Source: Basidiobolus ranarum
Lineage: Eukaryota
Assembly: GCA_040143965.1 (NCBI GenBank)
Contig: JASJQH010000030.1
Coordinates: 1 to 44,430, forward strand
Length of the DNA stretch: 44,430 nucleotides
Direction of reading: 5' to 3'
The position numbers and the translations under genes are program-made. The notes beneath the pieces were generated by a model that saw nothing but the letters and a program-made list of their open reading frames with translations, had not been told where the DNA came from and did no database searches. Positions 38,501-44,430 of the stretch are shown here, one piece after another. Within the stretch, counting starts at the first letter, position 1. Each line of letters begins with the position of its first letter.

Positions 38501-41206
38501 TTAGCTGTGTCTAGGTATTTCAGTAGGATCGGTGCTCATTTCACCAAGACCACGAACTAGAAGAGCAATTGTATCTTCATAACTACGTGGGGAATGATCC
38601 AATAACATGGATTTAGAAAACATAATTTCTGAAAAACGTTCTTCAACGTTTTCGCAGCGATGCATAGTTACTCTAGTGGCTGGAATAGCACGTTGTGTTG
38701 GTTGTACATCTAGCGTGGCCTTGGTATCCAATAAGTACAAAACACCTGGAGGGTAGAGTTTTTCAGATGACATGTCTGCACGCATGGTTTTAATTAAACT
38801 CCAAAACCAATCTCTATCTGGATCTCCATCAAGGGGGTCCAAGGTGGAGAGCTGATGTTCGTCCATGGTGTTGGTAGATGAACTGAAACTGGAATTCGTT
38901 CGACTAATTTTAGAATAGATACTTTGTCCAGAGTGTATACCCAGGACACTTGAAATAATTCGGTCTGCGATATGTGCCTCTTCATATAAAGACATGGCTA
39001 CATTCTTGAAATCCTTTAACAAGCCAAGACTAAGGCAAGGCACAATATCATAATGATTAACGACACTAGTAACTAATCCTGAGCATTCTTTGGACAAATC
39101 TAGCGAGGCAACACATGGCATACCATATCCAAAGCAATGGATCGAACGTCCAGGCGGCAATCCCGACTCTAGTGAAGTTACGAAGCAATTCTCTTCAATG
39201 GAAGAATGGGATGGAACTTTAACAGACCATAATATTGATAATAAGGCAGCAACTCCACCTCCTAACGAATGCCCACACAATACCAACCCATAATTAGGAT
39301 GATCAATCAAAGCCTGGAGAATGATCTGGTGAACCTCGCTTCTCGCGGATGCTAAAATCCTAGCGCTTTGTAACATTCCAGCATGTGCCAAGTGACGTTT
39401 TCCCCAAACGTGCATCTCTGCATAATCACAGGTAAGATCGGTGAGCACATCAGATAGACCTAATGTACCACGGCAGGTTAAGACAATGGCGTGGATGGAA
39501 TGGTCAACGGCAACATAATGAACCAAATTATGTAGTCGATGAGAGCTTAGTGAGGACATATTGGTAAATGATGAAAGGAGAATGGATTCCAGAGGATGTG
39601 AGGTATGCTTAGCAAAAGCGTAATGATTGGGATGATGTCTAGCATCTTGATGCAAAATATCGTCTAGAACACCGATTCCAAGTATTTTCATAAAATTCTT
39701 TCCATACGATGCGGAGGCATATCGAATGAATCTTGATACGTTTCTAATCAATGGACGTTGTGGGAAATTCTGAACTGCAAATCCGCCAGCACTGTTACTG
39801 TCCGAATGAGTTGATCCGCAACTACACGGATTCGAAAGAATTTGTCGATTAGTTTCAGGGTCGCCTAAGTTGTGAGGGTCTGGTTGATGTTTCAGTGTTT
39901 GATGAGCTAGGGGGGAATTGCTCAAATTGTTGCTCTGTTTGGTTTCTCCATGCATCGTTATGCTTTTACGGTGAGTTACACGACGATTGATGGTTTGGAA
40001 GAGTTTGTAGAAGCCGTTATTTACAGCGGCCGAGTGGCCTCCATTATAAGTCGGATTTTGTTCGTTATTGGGAATAGTGGTGTACTCGCCATTACGATCT
40101 CTATGATTAAACTCTGACTCTTCAGTTCTCGAATGTGAACTGGATTGGGCAAAAATGTTTACTTCATCACTAGAGTGACTAGCAATACTAGGATTGTTAT
40201 AGTCAGTTGGATGGTCCTGCTTCATACTAAGTGTAGAATCATACGTCCAAGAACTGACTGTCGTCTCTTGTGCGATGAAAGAAGTAGAATCCGTAATAAC
40301 TGATTTGCGTTGAAGGCCCTTACTTGGTGATGAGTTAGGCTTATGGTGATCAGAACATCCACGTTTTTGCGTCTTCAAGAGTGCTTGCCCCTCTGTACTC
40401 ACTGTATTTTCATACATTAAGACGAGTCTGACACTACTGGAAGATCGCATATGAGTAACACTTTGCAAACAAGCAAATGCAATCATGGCTTTGGTTATAG
40501 TCCGAAGCACTACGATATTCCCTAGTTTTGCTAAATGAAAATCTTCATCTTCGTAAACTTCTCTCTTGACTAACGCAACAATAGCAGCTAAAGCACGAGA
40601 GGTATCAGTAGAACCAAACAATCCATCAATAATTCGAACCGATTCTTCAGCCGCCTAATAAAAATATCATGTTACTGATAAGTACCATCGAGAGATATAG
40701 CAAGTTTTTAATCACTTACACTAATTCCAGTTTTAACGGTCTTTGAGGTCAACTGGAATCCCGTGTGAATAAATAATTCAGCTAAACTAAAAGTATTATT
40801 TATAAGATAAACTCCCAAAGTAGTATACCTATCAAGGGTCTTGAAATAAGCCTGACTAGAGTGGAGTTAGTGTACGTTCGCACGGAAAATTCCACAAAGA
40901 AATATTCATATACCTAATTGAGTCGCGGATCTCATTCTCTTGGTACATCTTTGATGAGTGAATTGTCTTAGCCGCTGATATGGCAGAGATTAATACTCTT
41001 TTGCTCAAGTCCATAGAAGTAGAAGTACTGTATTTTAACGACTCAAATATAGCCTCAGTTATGATGGAAGCAAGTCTCAAAGAAATACGAGTGGCGGTAG
41101 AGACTGTGGTAATGAAGTTAGCGACTTCAGGATTTAGTAAGGTTGTGGGGGTAAGGGGATTATAGTACGTAGAGGGAAACTGAGTTTCCACCATCTCTTC
41201 GGTCAT
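38501..41206 (-). CDS. Class 3 lipase (DAG-lipase-like alpha/beta hydrolase), 3 exons
   Basis: VLTCRGTLGLSDVLTDL, AHAGML, nucleophile elbow CGHSLGGG, DIVP, KLYPPG, MLLDH; upstream exons from ATG 41206 join through GT-AG introns. Confidence 0.9.
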
Positions 41207-42013
41207 CTCTTACGAGATCAGTATAATACAAAATTGGAGTGAAATTAGAAGACAAGTGCAATTGAGAGGGCAAGCAAATATACGGGCAAATGTATAGGAA
41301 ACAAAATTCAGTTAGTTACTAGATCAGAAACCAGAAGCTAAGTTTCAGAAAGGCTCTAACAAATAGGAGTGAATGCACCTATATTAACTTGCAACGGTGG
41401 ATGAGTGAACAAAGTTTCTTTTATGGAAATATAAATCTAACTTAGATGAACTTGCTCCAATAGTAATTTGACTTCACAAGAATAACATAAGGCATGTGAT
41501 AGATTCCTGCCAACCTCAACCAATCATTGGGATGTAATAACTTCTCCGGTTGAATTAGATTGGTACAGGAGATTGCACCATTCTACATGCTCGTTAATAA
41601 ACCAACGGAGCTTAGCTTGCAACTATTGAATAAACTATTGAATGCTGAAGTTGATGTGAGTAGGTGGCTGGTGGCTGATGACCAGTGACTCAGAATTCAA
41701 TATTTCTAGTCAACTTTTACATGTGAAATGGCCATCACGAAGAGTATGACGAATAGCAGTATAACTAGTATTACTCAGCTTCAAGGTAGCATCCGTCTCA
41801 GTATCAACAAGAATGATATATGAATCATGTATGCTATTACCCCTTTACCCCCTTTTTCTTATCGTAAGGGGTTTTCATACTAGGTGAAGGATCCGCTTGA
41901 AGATCTTAGCTTCCTTTCACCGGTTGAGACTGTCTTATTGGTATCACGTATTTCAACTGGTGATTCCCTTCCAACAATGAATTTTAATCAATTGTCTGAT
42001 AGGCAATCATTCA

Positions 42014-42151
42014 TTGAAATTTACTCTTACTAGATATTGAAACTTACTATTACTAGATATTGAAATTTACTCTTACTAGATATTGAAACTTACTATTACT
42101 AGATACTAAAATTTACTCTTACTAGATATTGAATTTCACTATTGCTAGATA
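42014..42151. repeat. Minisatellite, 6 x 23 bp, alternating A/B units
   Basis: TTGAAATTTACTCTTACTAGATA and TTGAAACTTACTATTACTAGATA alternate; the last two units are more diverged. Confidence 0.95.
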
Positions 42152-43064
42152 TCTCTGGCCAATAATAGTTAGCAATATTGTCTTTAGTTGAATAGTACTA
42201 CTATGATATATTGCATCAGTGGTAAGTACTAAGGCAGCAAAGTGCAGTGTATTAGAACTTGATTTGTCACATAACTAGATGTGAATCTCAAAATAGTAAT
42301 ATCAGCAACAGTGCTAATGCAATATCATTGGTTGAAGAAAAGAAATATTGAATCACATGTTTAACAAAAATAGCCTTGGCAGTGACATCTTAACAATCTT
42401 TGCATCCTCTGAAAGCTCTATGATAATTGATGACTTCAACAATCAAAACATGATTGTATATGGTCAATGATGAGGTTGCTGTAATTGACTGTGTAAATAT
42501 GGCCTCAATAAGAACCAGATGTAGCTGGTATCACAATGGAGTGCAGGTAAGCAAATATTAAGTAATGAGTAGTCATATAGTATTGAATCATTATTCATCT
42601 TGGGAAAATTTAGGGTTCCAGAGGATGTTATATGAGATCTAGTTGTGGCTAACTTGGGTGATAAATATTTGTTGAAATAAACCATTTGTACTTTTTGGTG
42701 GAGATTGAGAAAACTAATAATGTGATTGGGCTCACAAACTCAGTGAAAGCCAAATATTCTATTCTGGCTTCAAATAAAATGACTTTGAAATTCCACCATT
42801 ACTAATTGTTTGACATTTAACACATAGAGTAACTATGATTTTCAATTCTCTGCAAAGTCATATTCACTACAGCAATTTGCCTAGCTTGTATGTAATATGA
42901 TGGATGGTCAGCCATATTATGATAGAGATAATTATTGAAGTATTTGGAGAGCTTGCATGAAGTGGCTTGGAGAACTAGAAGAATTTGTTGAAATTAGCAT
43001 TTCCTAAACACCTATATACTAATATATAGCTTGATACTTAGTTATCCTATATTGCACCATGATA

Positions 43065-43589
43065 CTGTTAAGGTACTTTGGGAGCCTGTTTGAAGTTATT
43101 AGGAGAATTACAGAAATTAGTGGTTTTCACTTGTTGATTAATTCAGTCAAAGGTTGACTTTTATAGCTTGTCAAGTTGCAAGCACATTAACATATAGAGT
43201 GTGTTAATAAAAGTCCCAGGAACATGTATGCTAAATTTGGGGCTATAGCAATTAGCATTGCCTAAACACCTATATAGTCATATATAGCTTAGTACTTAGT
43301 TATCTTATAGTTCATCAAGATATTCATTATTTTTCAATTGGAATTTACTTAGAATATTTCTACCTACTTGGAAGTTCTCAGATATATAGATGTTTCAAAC
43401 TTGTACTAGAAGCTCCAAACTTTGCACATATACTGCTGGGACCTTCCTTAACACACTCTACATATTAGTTTGTTTGCATATTGACAAAACTATAAATGTC
43501 AACTTTCTACTCAATAAATCAATAAGTGAAAACCACCATTTCCTCTAACTCTCCAAACACTTCCAGCAGGCTCTCAAATACTTTAACAG
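43065..43589. mobile_element. Foldback/MITE-like element with about 180-bp imperfect inverted arms
   Basis: 43065-43244 (CTGTTAAGGTAC...GTGGTTTTCACTT...TAGAGTGTGTTAA...TTTGGGGCT) aligns by eye along its length with the reverse complement of 43411-43589; no ORF; no target-site duplication identified. Confidence 0.7.
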
Positions 43590-43630
43590 GTTATGAGCCC
43601 CAAGCTTGCACTCTCTGTAATGTCTACTTC

Positions 43631-43947
43631 TGTTGGAAGATCTTGACATAATGGGGGCAGACTTTGAGTATTAGAAGCAACTTATGATAGTGTGTCTTAG
43701 TTAGTTTATGCTTAAGAGTATATGGTGACTTATATAGTAGAAAAGTAAATCAATTGTTTGAGATATTCAGGAGTTTGTGTAGTAAGATATAATAGATAAG
43801 TGGGGGTAATAAGACATACTTGTTATATAGATATAGAGATATTCCTATTTAGAATATAGGGGCTATAAATATGTTGCTTTCTGTTTCTGACATATGTATC
43901 ATAACTAAAGTTAACTATGATTTTGAATAAAGATTAATTATCCAACA
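43631..43947 (-). mobile_element. LTR (317 bp) of a Ty1/copia retrotransposon, 3' LTR orientation on the minus strand
   Basis: Perfect terminal inverted repeats TGTTGGA (43631) and TCCAACA (ending 43947); polypurine tract AAGGGAAGG on the minus strand at 43956-43948 directly abuts it. Confidence 0.8.
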
Positions 43948-43956
43948 CCTTCCCTT

Positions 43957-44098
43957 AATTCTTATTCAGCATTGTGCATGCTCTCTCTACCAAAGTCCTA
44001 TTCATCCTTTCTGCAACTCCATTTTGTTCTGCACTATATGGAATAGTAAATTGCTGCTGAATTCCCTTTTCTTGACAAAAGTGTTGAAGTTTATTGTC
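43957..44098 (-). pseudogene. Ty1/copia integrase (rve) fragment
   Basis: Translates DNKLQHFCQEKGIQQQFTIPYSAEQNGVAERMNRTLVERACTMLNKN*, the copia QNGVAERxNRTL motif. Confidence 0.9.
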
Positions 44099-44430
44099 TT
44101 TATCATATATGTTATCCCTATCTTTATACACCTAACTATTTCATATGTCACATCTAAGTTAGTTAGCATTACTTAGTCAAATATCACTTAGCTGAAAATT
44201 GGAATATATATTATATATATATGTGAATAATGTGAGAATTAGCAATTTCATTTTGGAAATTTCAAACTCATCCAAATTGCCTCAAAGATAGCTCATTTTA
44301 CTCCCACAGATGTTCTGAACACAACCCCAGTATTAGTTTTCTGTATTTCCTCCAAAAAGTATAAATGCTTTATTTCTGGACAATAAACAATTATCTCACA
44401 AAGCTATTCACATCTCCACTTTTCTAAAGT

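Noticed and set aside
42014-42151. CRISPR-like array
   Set aside because: Units are contiguous with no unique spacers, and the context is eukaryotic.
42300-42900. Possible decayed transposon coding sequence with TGA stops that could derive from CGA
   Set aside because: No family motif could be recognised reliably by eye; it would need a tBLASTn/HMM search after restoring CpGs.

Overview
Eukaryotic, AT-rich, gene-dense window with many short (about 55-110 nt) spliceosomal introns. Gene content and intron signals (snurportin-1, Dnmt2, a Dicer with a PAZ-like segment, AT-AC introns) point to an early-diverging fungus; a Zoopagomycota/Mucoromycota-type genome such as Basidiobolus is my inference. 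Genes in order: 3' end of ubiquitin-RPL40, DEDDy 3'-5' exonuclease, TGFBRAP1/Vps3-like CNH protein, an unknown Ser/Arg-rich protein, NHP2, snurportin-1, a Munc13-like C2/MUN protein, eIF3i, a small PY-motif ORF, Cdc25, a mitochondrial PPR protein, ELP4, DNMT2, RPS24, prefoldin 5, Dicer and a class-3 lipase. The window ends in about 2.5 kb of repeat DNA with no CpG at all (minisatellite, foldback element, deleted copia element). Main findings: two clean U12-type AT-AC introns (5172-5239 and 32726-32811) that imply a minor spliceosome; a structured candidate ncRNA carrying a CCCTAA telomere-template-like motif (about 7000-7350); two interchangeable 7-nt first exons for Cdc25; and the sharp CpG-free domain. 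All gene models were spliced by eye and all structures paired by eye; no searches were run.
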